Shown: positions 14,283-27,719 of the stretch, in pieces
Layout: every line of letters starts with the position of its first letter
Numbering within the stretch: position 1 is the stretch's first letter
Notes under the pieces: generated by a model
Databases searched by the model: none
Told to the model about the DNA's origin: nothing
Seen by the model: the letters and a program-made list of their open reading frames with translations, nothing else
Origin: Laetmonice hystrix
Lineage: Eukaryota
Direction: 5' to 3'
Length of the DNA: 64,000 nt
Assembly: GCA_965235115.1 (NCBI GenBank)
Contig: OZ249436.1
Coordinates: forward strand, 12,276,001-12,340,000
Translations under genes and position numbers: made by a program

Positions 14283-14335
14283 AAGGAGAAGGAGATGGCG
14301 ATGGAAGAGGAGGAGGAGAAGAAGGAGGAGGAGAT
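14283..14335. repeat. GA-rich low-complexity tract (GGA/GAA)n
   Basis: gaaggagaaggagatggcgatggaagaggaggaggagaagaaggaggaggaga. Confidence 0.85.
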
Positions 14336-14399
14336 AAGCAATGATATACAAAGGTTTTCACCATTAGGCAATAACATTTGCTTAGTCTGCATTCCAGTA

Positions 14400-15700
14400 C
14401 ACATAAGAAATAGTATTAGTATAATGGTAATGTAATTAAAATGAAGCAATTGAATCCAAGGGTAGCAGAACCGCAGGGAACCCTCTCCCGCTAAAGAAAT
14501 GTTCTGAACGTGGCATTGCCATGGTCTGCACACTATAATCTCCAGTATTAATAAGGACAAAAAGCCAACACAGGAGCCCAAGTTCCGAAGTGCCTCCAGT
14601 GTAAAATGAGCTGGAGAAACAAGAAAAAAGGAAACATTACACCATGAGGGAGGACCAATTCAAAGCCAGAGGCTCGATTTAGGAGCACGATTATTGATGC
14701 ACAGCAGACCTCTATTTCTAGACCCGGTGAAATCGTTCCCGCGTCCATTGGATAAAGCTGTCCATGCTGAACGGAGCCCGGTTATATTGGGGTGATTATC
14801 AATCATAACAGTGCCTGAAATTGTCCAGTTGACGGCATCCCATTATATGATCTTAAACACCTGCCACAAACCACGCATCTATCATCTTCCAATGAAATAA
14901 ACCAAGCAACCACAAGGCTCCCCGTACAACTGGGCAGGGTGGGACTCGAAAACCGACCTTTGGTAGTGCTGGGATCTTATCATCTGTCAGAGAAGATACT
15001 GACAAACAGTGCCTTGTAATCCGGCCATAGGTCTTGCCGTGGATGACCGTCATTACATACCGATAGATATCTTTCCCGATTTTTCAATGATCTATCAATG
15101 AGATTATGTTACCGTCGGTTACATTCAAGCTCCAGTCACAAGACATGTCCAGTGTCCCTATCAAATGACTAAATTTCTATTGTTATTTTACGAGAATTAA
15201 ATGCACCGCGATGGTCACTGTCAATGGCTGTAGCTGTTCAATGTCCTAACAGTCCGGGAAGCTTTTCACATTTTGTAATATAACGCCTCAATATTTGGTT
15301 TACCCTGCCCTATTACCAAGGGAAATCAATACTGGGCCCGATTTCTCACTCTGAACTGAATTCATATGCGCATAATCATCCATAAAGCGACTATATGTTC
15401 CTGCTGATTTATATATACAAACACTTTGTCTGCACATTATCCGATAAATTTAACCAATTAAAAGTTTTGTTAGTCAGAGCGACTTTTGATGATGGAATAA
15501 ATATAATTATGGCAGATACAAGATCTCTAAATATTCATGTCAGAATGTCAATCACAAATATGATAGTGGGTACTGGCATTTATTGCACTTGGCAAAGTTA
15601 TTCCCAGTTTTGTTATCGCATACAAGACGCTATTCATCCATTCTAAATCCAGACTCGAAACACAACAGTATTGCCAAGTAATATGCCTTTGTTACAAGGA
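14400..15700 (-). mobile_element. Decayed L2/CR1-like RT fragment interrupted by a SINE
   Basis: LLNWLNLSD and SGPVLI (cf. LLxWFxSYL, LGPVLF) at 15300-15480. LFVLINTGDY, HVQNISL and LLHF (cf. AFVxSRLDY, LQxVQNxAAR, LHWLP) at 14440-14600. Confidence 0.35.
14850..15050 (-). mobile_element. tRNA-derived SINE
   Basis: Minus strand carries an A-box-like tggccggattacaaggcactg (about 15027-15007) and a B-box-like ggttttcgagtcccaccctgcc (about 14954-14933). The spacing is too long and degenerate for a true tRNA. Confidence 0.5.
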
Positions 15701-16419
15701 AACGGTTGCTCTCTACATTAACTTGATACCTCGGTGGTATTTGTGTTGTCAACCCGACAATCCCAACACCTCCCACGATCAACAACAGGTTCGGAGTGAA
15801 GGTCGAAGACGGTGGAGATCAAGGGTAGACCGCGAGCTCAGCAGACCCTGAACGACGGTACCAGTGACAGTACCGTCAACAACTTTCCCATACAGTGCGA
15901 CTCGGCAGCACCGGAGAGAGCCGTCAATTGCTATTTTCATACAACAAATACTTTATGTGTACATGATTATAAAGATACTGATTATTTAAAATTGCTATGG
16001 GCTAACTGCAAGAACTAGTCTAAAATCCCATGTTTATGATATCTCAGAAAATGCAAAAACTTCAGAACAAGTGCAACAATAAGCCTCTACGAAACAACGA
16101 TCCATTACAAAAGAAGAAGTGTAGCTCAGGAGTGATAGGAAAGGTTTCTGAATTAACTTCAAATTATCTTTCAATGTGATATACTGCAACAATATACGTG
16201 TATTAACATTTCAGCTTACACTGATTGCAAATATTCTTTTTTAAAAAGATAGAACAACGTGTTTACTAAAACTGAATCTGCTGCACCCTGAGGCATGAAA
16301 TCATCTACTCCATTCACTTATTGTTTCACTACAGTATTGTATGTAATCATGTCTACTAGAAAAAAAGATATTACAAATTTGCGATTCAGTCCTTTCAAAT
16401 GCCAGAGACGCCACCGGAG

Positions 16420-16740
16420 TCCTTCTTCCATTTGGACAATATTGATTTCAATACATTCTTTCTCGAGAAGTTTACGCCAGACTTTCAATCTCCCTGTTGC
16501 AGCACTGTACACAGTAATCAGAAAACAATCTCCTTGATTCATCACCCGCCGTTAAGGCCGCACGATCTCCAAGCAGAGGCCGTCTCCCCAAGGGGCCAGG
16601 TGGGAGTGTGGAGGACAGGCTGGGGCCACTCTCTGACCAAACGTGCCTCACCAACACGACGGGTGCACGGGACCAGAAACCTAGCACCGTCGACCTCACT
16701 GTCCGTGTGGACGGCCCTTACAGCTAAGGTTACCTAGACA
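16420..16740 (+). mobile_element. Decayed CR1-like RT N-terminal fragment
   Basis: DFNTFFLEKFT (cf. LNxFFxSVFT) followed by NLAPSTSLSV..AKV (cf. NYRPISLTSV..K). Confidence 0.3.
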
Positions 16741-19307
16741 GGCATTGGGTCAGAACGACCATGTCAACCCTCCCTACATTACAATCACCACAGACCACGC
16801 CTCTGGTGAAGTCAGTTTGAAGCACTTAAGTTTTTTTGGGGGCAGAATATGCTAACAAGATATGGAATATAGCGGGATTTAATAGAATGGGGGAAGCGAC
16901 CAAGAAAAACAGCCACAATGAATCCAATCAAGGCTGCGACATATAAAAAACGGTGATTTAGCTGAGAACAAAATATACCAATGAAAAAAGGTGTTAGGAA
17001 CCGTCCTCAAATCGCTTGTGAAGATGACTTGTTTGAGGTTTCCATGGTTACTAAACTAATTAAACCGACCTACAGACAACGATGCGCTGTTTCGTAAAAT
17101 GACAATTAAAATTTCAAGCCATTTTATCAATCTTATCATATCGACAGATCCTTAACATTGCCTCCCTTCTATAATGGATGCTGCGATAATTTTTAAACCC
17201 TCTATCAGTAATTCCATTCTCCCACTTTGCTTTAATAGAGTGAACGCCATTATTTGTCTGTTGCAGGTCTTCAAAAGGGCTCTGATCGTGGTACGATCCA
17301 CTTTAATCCCTTCTGTCACAACACGGCCCGCTCGCTCAGCGAGGCCAGAGGCGGTTTGGTTTTTCCACAAGAACTTGATTTTAAAAAGCGACACACAATT
17401 TGATTCACAACAACATCCTGATCAAGCTGATAACTCAAACTGCGGGGATTCATTAAAAGAGGCGAAATAGGTCAAATGTAACAGACAAATGTTCACGTTC
17501 GTGGACCATGAATCTCGCAAGTCATCAATTAAGGGTGGCACCTGAAACCCCTAAAATACAACTTAGCGTAACATGTAGTCTGTTACCCCTTCTTTAACCC
17601 CACCTTAACCTGAATGTCCTAAATTACCGAGAGCCTTCATGGCATCAAGTGGCTAGTTGTGTTTGTATGTAGTGTTTTATCTTGTCCTCTGGTAGAAAAT
17701 GGGTGTTAAGTGCCCGTGAGTCGAGGCAGTGCCGAGGGATCACGGCGCTCGGTCGTCATCCTAAAGGGCTATAAACACTAAAGCGATTGTCCGTGCGACT
17801 TTCCGTGTAACTTGTTTCTAAAGCATCGTATCCGGGGATGGACCGAGAGACACGTTGCAAAGTGAATTTTACCTTTAAATTAAAAATCGTACGGGTGTCG
17901 CATGTACATGTGTATACGGCCCTTTAAGCTCCGCTCACACTGAAGTGTCCCATCTTCGAGACCGCCAAGTCTCATTTATTTTCAGCAATTATAATGCATG
18001 TATTCTCAAATCTAATCTAATGATGCCTTTAATCTAATCAGATGTTCATTACAGTGCTAATGAACACAGTGCAACTGACAAATGGCCTTATGAAAGTTTC
18101 AGTAATCTATTAGGAACTTCTTGACGTGCAACTTTTGTAGACAGCTACAAGACGGAAATCCTAAGCCTAATCCTCAACGAAAATAACTTTTCCCTATGGT
18201 TCATTGTTCCAACGTGCTGTGTTTGATACTGATTCAACGAACGGGTAAAGCTATATTTAATTGTATTCAGTGACATCATTTTGAACCAATCATAGACAGG
18301 GTGAGTGAGGTGTTGGGGACAGCATGGTTCTAACCGAAGTACTTGCGTACCAATAGCTTGTTTAAAATAATTTCACATCACCAATGTCAAGTCAATAATT
18401 TCTGTAGACAAAAAACACTCCTTTCGTGATTTCACCATTTTTGAGGTGACCCACAGCTGCAACTACGATTTTTTCAAACACTATTCTCAAACTTGCAAGA
18501 ATGAGGTAAACTTCCAAAGACTTGGTCTGTACCACGAATAATAATATTGATCAGTCGATATGAAGGACCACACATATACCAGAGCACACCCCGAGTAACA
18601 CTGAGACTAACAACGGGCACAAAGTAGTGCCATTAAATGGTTCACAATGCATGCCGCCGGCCCATGATTCTGTCTCAGTTGTCAAATGACAGAGAGAGGT
18701 GGCGGTGCAGCGCTGCCCTTGGCCATGATAAGCGGCTGGCTGTCAGATCACTGACCATTCTATCAATGTGGTCCACTCCACTGCAGGCCGGGTATTGACC
18801 TAGCTTGATCAAACTTATGCAACAGAACCGCAGCACTGCACTTTTGTTCAGCCGGACAACTATATGCCATTATCCAGCCTGACTGACCGGTCCGTATGGC
18901 ACCGGTCAAAGCAACCCCACAAATGATGACTGTATCACAAAGTTGGACGCGGCGCTGATCGTAATGCGGCAGAACAGCAATCCGAGCTGCTGATCTGCAG
19001 CATGTGGGCGTTCGAATGGCCAGCAGAATACTCATACCTGATCCTGCCTTGTACCATATGAAATCAACCCAGCACCGTTAATGACAGAAGCCAATGTTGA
19101 CAGATGATGTCCGTCAACCAGGCTGTACCACGGGCTGGGCTTTGGAAGCAGGCTCCTCGGGGCCGCGAAAGGCCCCAAAAAGCCACCAACGTGGCGTAAA
19201 TTCCTGATTTAAATATACACGCTTTTCGAGACACAACGAGAGATGAGAGAGGACAGCAAGGGCGAGCAACAGCAAGCTACAACAGGAACGCAGCAGCATG
19301 CAACATT

Positions 19308-19640
19308 AGCAGTCGTGAATCGGCCAAGCATTTGTGGACGAGCCAAGCAGTCGTGGACCGGCCCAGCAGTTGTGGACGAGCCAAGCAGTCGTGGACCGGC
19401 CCAGCAGTTGTGGACGAGCCAAGCAGTCGTGGACCGGCCCAGCAGTTGTGGACGAGCCAAGCAGTCGTGGGCCGGCCCAGCAGTTGTGGACGACCCAAGC
19501 AGTCGTGGGCCGGCCCAGCAGTTGTGGACGAGCCAAGCAGTCGTGGGCCGGCCCAGCAGTTGTGGACGAGCCAAGCAGTCGTGGGCCGGCCCAGCAGTCG
19601 TGAACGAGTCCAGCAGTGGTCAGTCGGCCCAGCAGTTGTG
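19308..19640. repeat. Tandem array, 38-bp unit built of two diverged 19-mers, about 8.7 units
   Basis: ggcccagcagttgtggacg + agccaagcagtcgtggacc repeated. It explains the cluster of six overlapping ORFs in the track. Confidence 0.97.
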
Positions 19641-19894
19641 CAGTTATATAAAAAAGGACAGATCTATGTTCTTTTATATGAAAACTGTTCATCTTTTTTA
19701 TGCTTTCTGAACAAATCGCACAATCTTACGGAAGTGGTTTCTCTCGCAAAATAAGTCCTGAATGTTCCTATCTGAGGTTTCCAATGCCGCATGGTTTACC
19801 AGTACGGAGGCTTAGGAAACGTTATTGAAATTAGCTGAAAATATAGCGACGCTTCATACCCTTTCAATTTCGATACAGCCTCGTTTTATCAGCA

Positions 19895-19923
19895 GTGTGT
19901 GTGTGTGTGTGGGGGGGGGGGGG
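19895..19923. repeat. (GT)n microsatellite followed by poly-G
   Basis: gtgtgtgtgtgtgtgt then a G run. Confidence 0.9.
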
Positions 19924-20129
19924 TGCTTCATTCAGAGAGCAGCACGAAGTACCTATTACACTTGACTTTATAGCTTTTTCTTCCAGAGGACAAAGGCACA
20001 CTATCCTATTTTGAGAACAACATTGATTTGCTCTCTACAATGCTACTTTTCCCTAGTAATAAAACTCTCCTATACTATAGAATAGATACCAGTGTATTGT
20101 CAGCTGGTTGTGAACTGATGACAATCAGC

Positions 20130-20700
20130 AATAAAGATGGTCAGACACATAGTATTTCACCCGACACTGCCTGCTTCCTCAGAAAGATAAAACAATCAAT
20201 ATCGACTTCTAGATTTCAGACAGAGGCAATATCGGCTGGGTGTTTGTAAATCAGCCCAGACAACAGTTACTGAGAATGTCGCACTGTTATCTTTCTGTTA
20301 GCTACACTGTGTATTCATCACCTCTAACGACATTTGGTATCATGTGTGGACCGCCTTCTGGCTCACCCGGCACGAAATTTGTGCGATACAATCTGATCTG
20401 GGCTCTAGATGATGAAATGCATTCATTCACCGAGTCTGCAACATAAAATTACCATGCTGCTTTATATCCGTCCGTTTCTGGTTAAAACGCTACGTTCACG
20501 GCAGGCTCAAATAGAAACGGTAAACTCAATCCAAGCCACGGACTTTACAGTCATGATCAACCATAGCCATCCCCTCTACCGCCATTTTGAATTATGTAAA
20601 TACAAAAATTACCTTAAATCAGTTACCAGAAGTTTTCGTCACTCTGATATAAGAGTACACTATAACAGTGTAGCCACGAAAAGAAATTTGCATTTCCATT
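20130..20700 (+). mobile_element. Decayed Rex1/Babar-like LINE, 3' end of ORF
   Basis: Ordered motifs CFLRKIK (cf. YFLRKL), YSSPLTTFGIMCG (cf. ISSVLTFGIxCW) and INHSHPLYRHFEL...TRSFRHSDIR (cf. DxSHPxHxxFxLL...FxxSFxPxAIR). Confidence 0.5.
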
Positions 20701-21489
20701 GAATGGCAGATCATATATAGCTCCCGCCAATACCTTGGCTGACTTCATCATTCATGGCCTTCCCAGGAGCAGACAAAATACGGAGGGGTCTAGGCCTCTT
20801 GAGGGACCAAGCTCCCGCAGTCATTCACAATATAATAGTTGATACTTATCCTCATACGGATGTCCTGCTTTCCTTTTGGTGGTGAATATAAAGTAGCGTT
20901 GAAGGTCTCCACCGACTACAAGAGGAATCCTAGCAATTGCACCTGATAGATCGTGCATATAAGTCAGGACTATACTGAGTAATTGAAGCGTGCCTCCACA
21001 ACACAATATCACTGGAAAGCAAGGAACTAGGTTCGGTGGATATCTCCAGGTAAAATTCAATTTAAGGCCTATATGGCTTGGCTGATTCTACCGCATTGAA
21101 CGGTTACTGAGCAGAAAGATAGTACAGCCTGACGATGAATACTAGCAGCTTTATCATATCGGAACTGACACGTTAGATTACACACAGCAAACCGGCCAGT
21201 ACTAAATTACTGCGCATAACCGACAGTTGCAATCTTGGCATGGAATCAAGGGGGAAATGTCACGTGCTATTACAATATGAAGCAGGAGAAATACATGTAC
21301 ACCGAAGTCTAATGTCCCACTATCCAATAGCCTTGAGAATGACAATGACTATACCGACTCTTTATATTATGTTTTGATGAACGTATTCTTCCAAAGATCT
21401 CCTGGAGAACTTCCCGGCGTCTAATGCATTACTGCAGGGTCACACCTGGGACCAGTCAGTGCTTAGCACAGCACCGGACCGGCCTACGC

Positions 21490-21900
21490 TGTTACTATCT
21501 ATAGTCACATAATATACTGCTTCATAACAAAGTTATTAGCCACAAATTTACCATTAAACATTGAGACAAAGCTCGTGCCGAAGGAACAGCTGGAGAGTGT
21601 CTGCATCTGACCCCATTCTGTGCGTTGGGAATCACCGCCGATGATGCATTGCCGTGAGTAGTACATAGAATCTGACATTATTTGCAACCAATGTCATTCC
21701 TGGTTATCTGTCTCGGAGACAGAATTATTCAAGGCTGGTGTTGGCTTTGCAAACTTGACTGCGTCCGTAACGTTGAGATTAATAACTCTTCGCTGGAATT
21801 AACCACCCAGTTTTATCATGATCAGTGTAGGTGGGTGCTGTTTGGGGATAATCGGAGTGTAACTCTCATCGGTTGGCACTGAGGCTGGTGCCAGTCATCA
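21490..21900 (-). mobile_element. Decayed CR1 endonuclease fragment
   Basis: CIIGGDSQRTEW (cf. IIGGDFNLPxIDW) and FVMKQYI (cf. FLxQxI). Confidence 0.4.
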
Positions 21901-22899
21901 TTGCCTGTCACGTTTTATGATATTCGGGAAATGAACCGCCATAAACAAGATGGAGACTGTGTGATTTAAAACATGGGCCAGGGAAATCTCCCTGGAGGTC
22001 TCCAGTATTGGAATAACTCCTACGGTCTTTGTGCGCCATGAAATATACACATAGTTGTAAAAACTGATTTTGGCAGTTATCAAGGTATAACTTTGGACTA
22101 AAAAAGAGATTTATCATAGGACCACGGTGTATCTATCATACTTCCCACAGGCGCTAACTAAAATCTAGTAATTTTCACATGAACCTAGACGTTTGTACTA
22201 AAAACTGGTGCATATTAACCCAGACCAACACTAATACTACACTATGATTCATAAACTAGATCTACTGACCTATTTAAGGGTGTAATATTTTTGTCTCTTA
22301 CCAAGGATTTCACATGTTCATTTTTATCTTATCGGCACCTACCGCATGGTGTCATCTACATTCATTGATTATGTGCCACAAAGCCTCAGGATAATCAAAA
22401 CAACCTCCTTGCAAGGAAACGTTTCAAATCTAGTATTCACGCTACAATCCCAACATTGTGCCGTCTCGGCTATGATAACGTCAGAATAATCCCCATAAGC
22501 TTTCATCACCGTCAACACATTGGGAGAGAACCGGCTTTCTATGGGAGCGTCCCTGACCTTCAGTCTGTGCCTGCTGCCACCGATTCACGTCACATCCCAG
22601 GCACGGAGAGGTTAAAACAAGACACACCTTACGCTCCGTGTGCCTTATCTCCTCGCCGCTACTGTCGGTGATATGTGATGTCTCGGTGTGATAACAGTCT
22701 GCATAATAAATGGCAAGGTCACTGCTCGTTCTTTTCAATCACTAGGGGTATCCTCTTAGTGACAAAATATCAACACTGAAACCCTAAAATTCCCTTTTGG
22801 ACCCTACTCCAAATCATCTATATACTCACGCTGCTTACCTGCGTACCGATACTTAGAAGCAGCATATTGGGGTAAACCAAATTCAACTTACAAGGCCGG

Positions 22900-23450
22900 A
22901 ACCTGTGACTGTTTTTTCCCCATTAAAACCCATAATGCAAAACGCTTGTCGTTGTCAACATATACGTATATCTTTAAGTATGTGTGAAATTAGAGCTGTC
23001 ACTGAAGTGTTCTACTTTCGTCATCGGATCCCTTTTCAGACGATGCGGAATCCATACGTGTACAGTTTTTATTGCAGGAGGCATCACCATGAAATTAAAC
23101 TGTCATTTCAATGAGTGAAGCGTCAGGTTTATGCAGCCTACACCCTTCATACAAATCCTTCTCAAGATACTCAAGACAGATCCATGTCCTTTCTCCCTAT
23201 TACCAGGTAGTACTCAATATAACTGACCCAGGAATATCTCAGTTAGGAGCGTGTGTTTTAAGGCGTTTTGTGGGTCTCACCTTATATTCCCTTGGAATAT
23301 AACAAGCTCCAACATTCAGCCATTCTTGGTTTCTTATTGTAAATTATCTGTAGTCAGAAGATATACTGTATAAGTCTTCCAAAACTTCTTTTTTCATATA
23401 CGTAATTGCTGCCACGCAGGTATCTCCATTTCTAGAACCAATAAACAATA
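22900..23450 (-). mobile_element. Decayed CR1-like endonuclease fragment
   Basis: TCVAAITYMK (cf. GGVAIYVK), LNVGACYIP (cf. LCxVYIPP) and RIV*KGSD (cf. IxNGRxxSD). Confidence 0.3.
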
Positions 23451-24952
23451 CATGTAATCACACAATACACCCAGGGTGGTGTCCCCCATGCTCGTAAGTC
23501 AGTCCAATATTGAGGGCCTCAATTCTGGGTGCCTGAGGCATGGCTTGATCACACTCTAAGGTACAATTCGACACGCCGCTCACGATCCAGGCTGCTCTCG
23601 TGCACGTGTATGTCAAACATGAGTTGAAATCACGAATGACATCTTGAACTCAGGAACTATTCATCAAATCACAATCTTTGAATTTAGTCACGACACCCTG
23701 TTCCTGTTTCAAGAGTCTGACTTCTTCGTGACAAGAATTTGAAGAATTTATGAAAACGAAAAAAAACACACACACGCACGCAAAAAAAAATCCTGCCTTT
23801 AAGAACTATCCTTGGTTTGTCGTCATGCACTTTTCCAGCATTTATCACCCGGTTATACTGTAAACGCTACTGAAATAACAGGTCAAAGATAAGTCAACTT
23901 TGATGGTCACCTGACAATGTCAGGTACCCATCTCTGTATGCAGAGCGTATAAAGTTTTACAATTTGTGGCTGGGTAAAGAAAAATACTATATAAACGTAG
24001 AACGAAACGAGCGCGACACCATGGGGGTAAGTGATGTCCGTGGCTGGTTTGCCTTCCGACGGCTGATCATGCTCGAGATGATCTCCCTACTCTGGTCGGT
24101 CAGAAATCAATGTCGGAGCATGGGCACCCGTGACCCTTGACACCAGACAGGTTTGTGATATTGACCAGAACAACCCAGGCGTCACCAAGAAAAGCTGTGG
24201 CTATCTGCATGGGATACTGCTACCGAAGGAGGAGATGGTTTTTTTTCCCTGCGAGAGCCACCGCACCAAATCTTGCCCTCCCCTTCATCTCCTTGCCCGC
24301 TCTACCTGAAACATATCCCTTGACCCGAACACGCTCTAACTAACACAGATCATCTGCAAATAACACCAAAGTCTTGAAAGGTTTTACAACGTTCTCATTT
24401 CTTGGGGGTTTCATGAAAAAGTCCCCTCAGGAGAAATTGTGTTTGAAGTTGTGCTAAGAAGAACCTAGTAAATATAGAGTTTTTCCCCTCCTTGTCCTTT
24501 GAATAGGTGAAAATATAAAGAAATAAAAGATTCACAATTATATTTCACAACTTGGGCCTGGAACTTTCATAAAATACTAACAATACAATGCCCTATGTCT
24601 AAGTTGTGCGCGCCTAGACCCTTGGCCTAAACAGTAAAATAAAGAATAGCTACCTATATCGTCTATCTATATTGTGTCATGTAAGCTTTGTGATCGCCTT
24701 CACATACTTTTGTCTGAGCTTATCGTGAGCGTTCCAATCCAGTTGGTATCTACTCCTTTACATCTCCCTGAAAGTGTTATTGATGAAATCCTCTGGCCAC
24801 GAGTGTCCAGGCCATCACTGCCCTGATTACTGGTCAACCATGGCTGGAGCGTCTACCTGTTCTGGGCCAGTGAGCAGAATCAGGGGTTATCCTTCTGCTT
24901 GCTTTCTAATACAATACGCTCAATATTGGAAACATGATAAGAGAATGGACAA

Positions 24953-25112
24953 GGGGCCCGTCTCACTAAAGGCTGGTTAATAACCAGATCGTTAAGTTAA
25001 CATAGAAGTGAATGGAAGGTTGCTGGTTTTACAGTAACCAGCAACCTTCCATTCACTCCTATGTTAATTCTCACGATCTGGTTATTACTCAGCCTTTAGT
25101 GAGACGGGCCCC
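24953..25112. mobile_element. 160-bp foldback MITE (near-perfect palindrome), Harbinger-like ends
   Basis: Arms of about 76 bp, ggggcccgtctcactaaaggctg...gaaggttgctggtt and its reverse complement, about 90% matched around a 7-nt loop (ttacagt). No clean TSD. Confidence 0.9.
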
Positions 25113-27719
25113 TGAAAAGCCATGTGTGAAAGGATTGTCCGCCGGGATTGAAGTCCGCCGGACCTAGGTTCGGTATGTAGGTCCTAGGTCGTCCACTTCG
25201 TGGTTTAAGACATTTTTATAAAGAAAGAGATGAAGATTAGGGTTAGGATTATGAATATATTGATTATAATACAACATCACGAACTTCAAGCTTCCCCTGG
25301 CATTTGGACAGACCGCCCCTGGTGCCTATTCGCCGTGTAAATTTCTGAAGGTCACCCATACACCAAGCAGTCAATATATTAGCTATCATTCTGACCTCGA
25401 TCCTTTACATTTTACCGCCCCCCCCCCCCCCTTCACACATACTAGAACGGCCACTTCTTCCTCGAAACCATACCATCCCATCCTGGTTTATGTATCTGAC
25501 CAGTGGTCATCCTCCAATCCGCACCCATTTATCTGTCCGACGGCTACGGACGTCTGACACGCCATCGAATAGATCACAGTTTGCCATTACAGATCACTGA
25601 TGTACCTTTGCTCCAACATCTCTACCTTAAAACGCCAACTTTGGGCTCGGTCACTCTAACTGTTGTGACTGCCCACTCTCTGCCTATGAACCTCCAGAGC
25701 TAGACTCCAAACAAAATTAGGAGAGCTGGAAGATACAGACTGGCACAGCTGCACAGTTCGACAGTTGACGGAGTTCAGTCGCCGGCGAGCTAGTGCTTGC
25801 TTGGTCGGCCTCTCTACCGCAGACTCGGCCATTCATCAGGTACCGACTCCGACTAGTGAGGCTACGTGGGTGGGTGGGGTGGGGGGTATGGCTTTACTGC
25901 AGTATCTAATGAATAGAAAGATAGAGACATATTGAGAAAGAGGGAGAAGGAGAGAGGACAGAGAGCCAACAATTCTGAACATCTCTTAATGGACGTCTTC
26001 CTGCCTATATGGACTGAAATGTTAAGTGTCTGGAGGAGTTTATCAAAGTCCCAGGAGTAGAGGAGTTGTTGCTGACAGGAGACAACGATAGCCTGTCGCT
26101 GGGGAGACAACCTACAGTCCCTGTGGTCCTCCTCAGTTAGGTAACACGCAACGTGCCATGTCAAACCCACACGCCAGCAGCCAGCAACATCGCAGAGCTA
26201 TGCCATTGTATCTCGACTCCAATACTCAGGGTCTATATCCACGACATCTGCCCAGCATCGCCGCCGTATTACCTACACACTCACTGTAACTTAAGTAACC
26301 ACGGCTTCTTAAAGAAGACTTTGAAAGAAGTGCAGACATTCAACGTTTTGAGCAGGCCACTGATGGAGATTTGAAGGATGAAGTTGAGTGAGGTTTTCAG
26401 AGATGGCAACCAGACTAAGAAACAATACTTCAATCAATAATGACACAAACGCTGGCTTTATTTGTTCCCCAAAGACGTTAAAACATCCCTCTCTTTTAGA
26501 AAATCCTAATTTAGTAATGACAGACATTTCTATCGCTCCGAGGCAAAAATCTTAAAGCCTTAAATTATTTGTGGTAACATGTATCATCTCTGAGTCAGTT
26601 TAAATGGTCCAATATTAAAGTCATACATAGATTATGCTACAGCGAATAAAAACAAAACAGGCAATCCCTATCTAAAAACGAAAAATTCATTTGATTACAT
26701 TAAAATCACCTTTTAAAAAATTCCATATTCCTTCCTCCCTAAGCAGTAGTACAGGCCAAAATACCTCAAGTAATTTATTGGTGAAAAGTAGAGAGTTTAT
26801 AGCCAGTTAGTACTTCAGTTCAATCGTTAATTATGCTTTCATTACAAGCGAGCTGAAAAATTGACCTCCCCAAACTAACTAATAAACTGAAACTCCGATT
26901 CCTTATTAGGTACAACGCAATTCCATGTGCCAAAAACTTGTTTAAATTCTGCATCGGTGTAATTGCCGAACTGCATCATGGCACTTAAAATGCTTTTACA
27001 ATCATCTGGGCTCTGTTTTTTTGTATGAACAGCCAAACTTTAGTGGCTCTTACCCATTAATGCTTAAATTGTCGATACTTAAATACTCATCTTCAGGCGA
27101 TTAAACACCTAGTGGACACAAATCTGAACATCTAAATGCATAAGGTCATTACCATATGTGATCCTCCACCGTGGTGAAATGGTTTGCCTTGCTTGGCCTG
27201 GCGATAAATCAGCATTTACAGACCACATAATCTGCAGGCAGGTGCCAAAGACCATAAGTGGGACACCTTAAGGGCAATGCCTCATTCCGCAGCATCTGGC
27301 GCCAACTGCTTCCACACTTAAGGAACAGGTCCTTTACCTCACACCTGGTTTAGCAGGCCTCGTATTGGCCATGGATCAAATTAATTACCGGTGACAGGGG
27401 CTGCCCATGGCGTGGCCCCACACTAACACCTACCAAAGTCTTCTCCCTGAGGCTGAATTACTTAGAAGCAGCGTAGACCATGCCCAATGCAAACACAATT
27501 ACATGTACATGTACATGATTCAGGCTTTGACATTGGGAAGTTAGAGAGAAAAGTTACCTTTGTACGAAGTACGACACAAGTGCAAAGAAGCAAAATTAAC
27601 CAAAAAGTGATGACATTGGCTCTAAAATAACTGATAGTAATTACATTTTTCAGGGAAGAAAGATATCATTCCAGGTACACAAAAGATTCTGCCCACAATT
27701 CGGCTCATAAGCAACACCT

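Noticed and set aside
14450-14605. Exon after the strong acceptor tttcttgtttctccag on the minus strand
   Set aside because: No recognisable host protein; the translation matches L2 C-terminal motifs.
14930-15035. Functional tRNA gene
   Set aside because: The A and B boxes are degenerate and too far apart, and no cloverleaf can be drawn; kept only as a SINE head.
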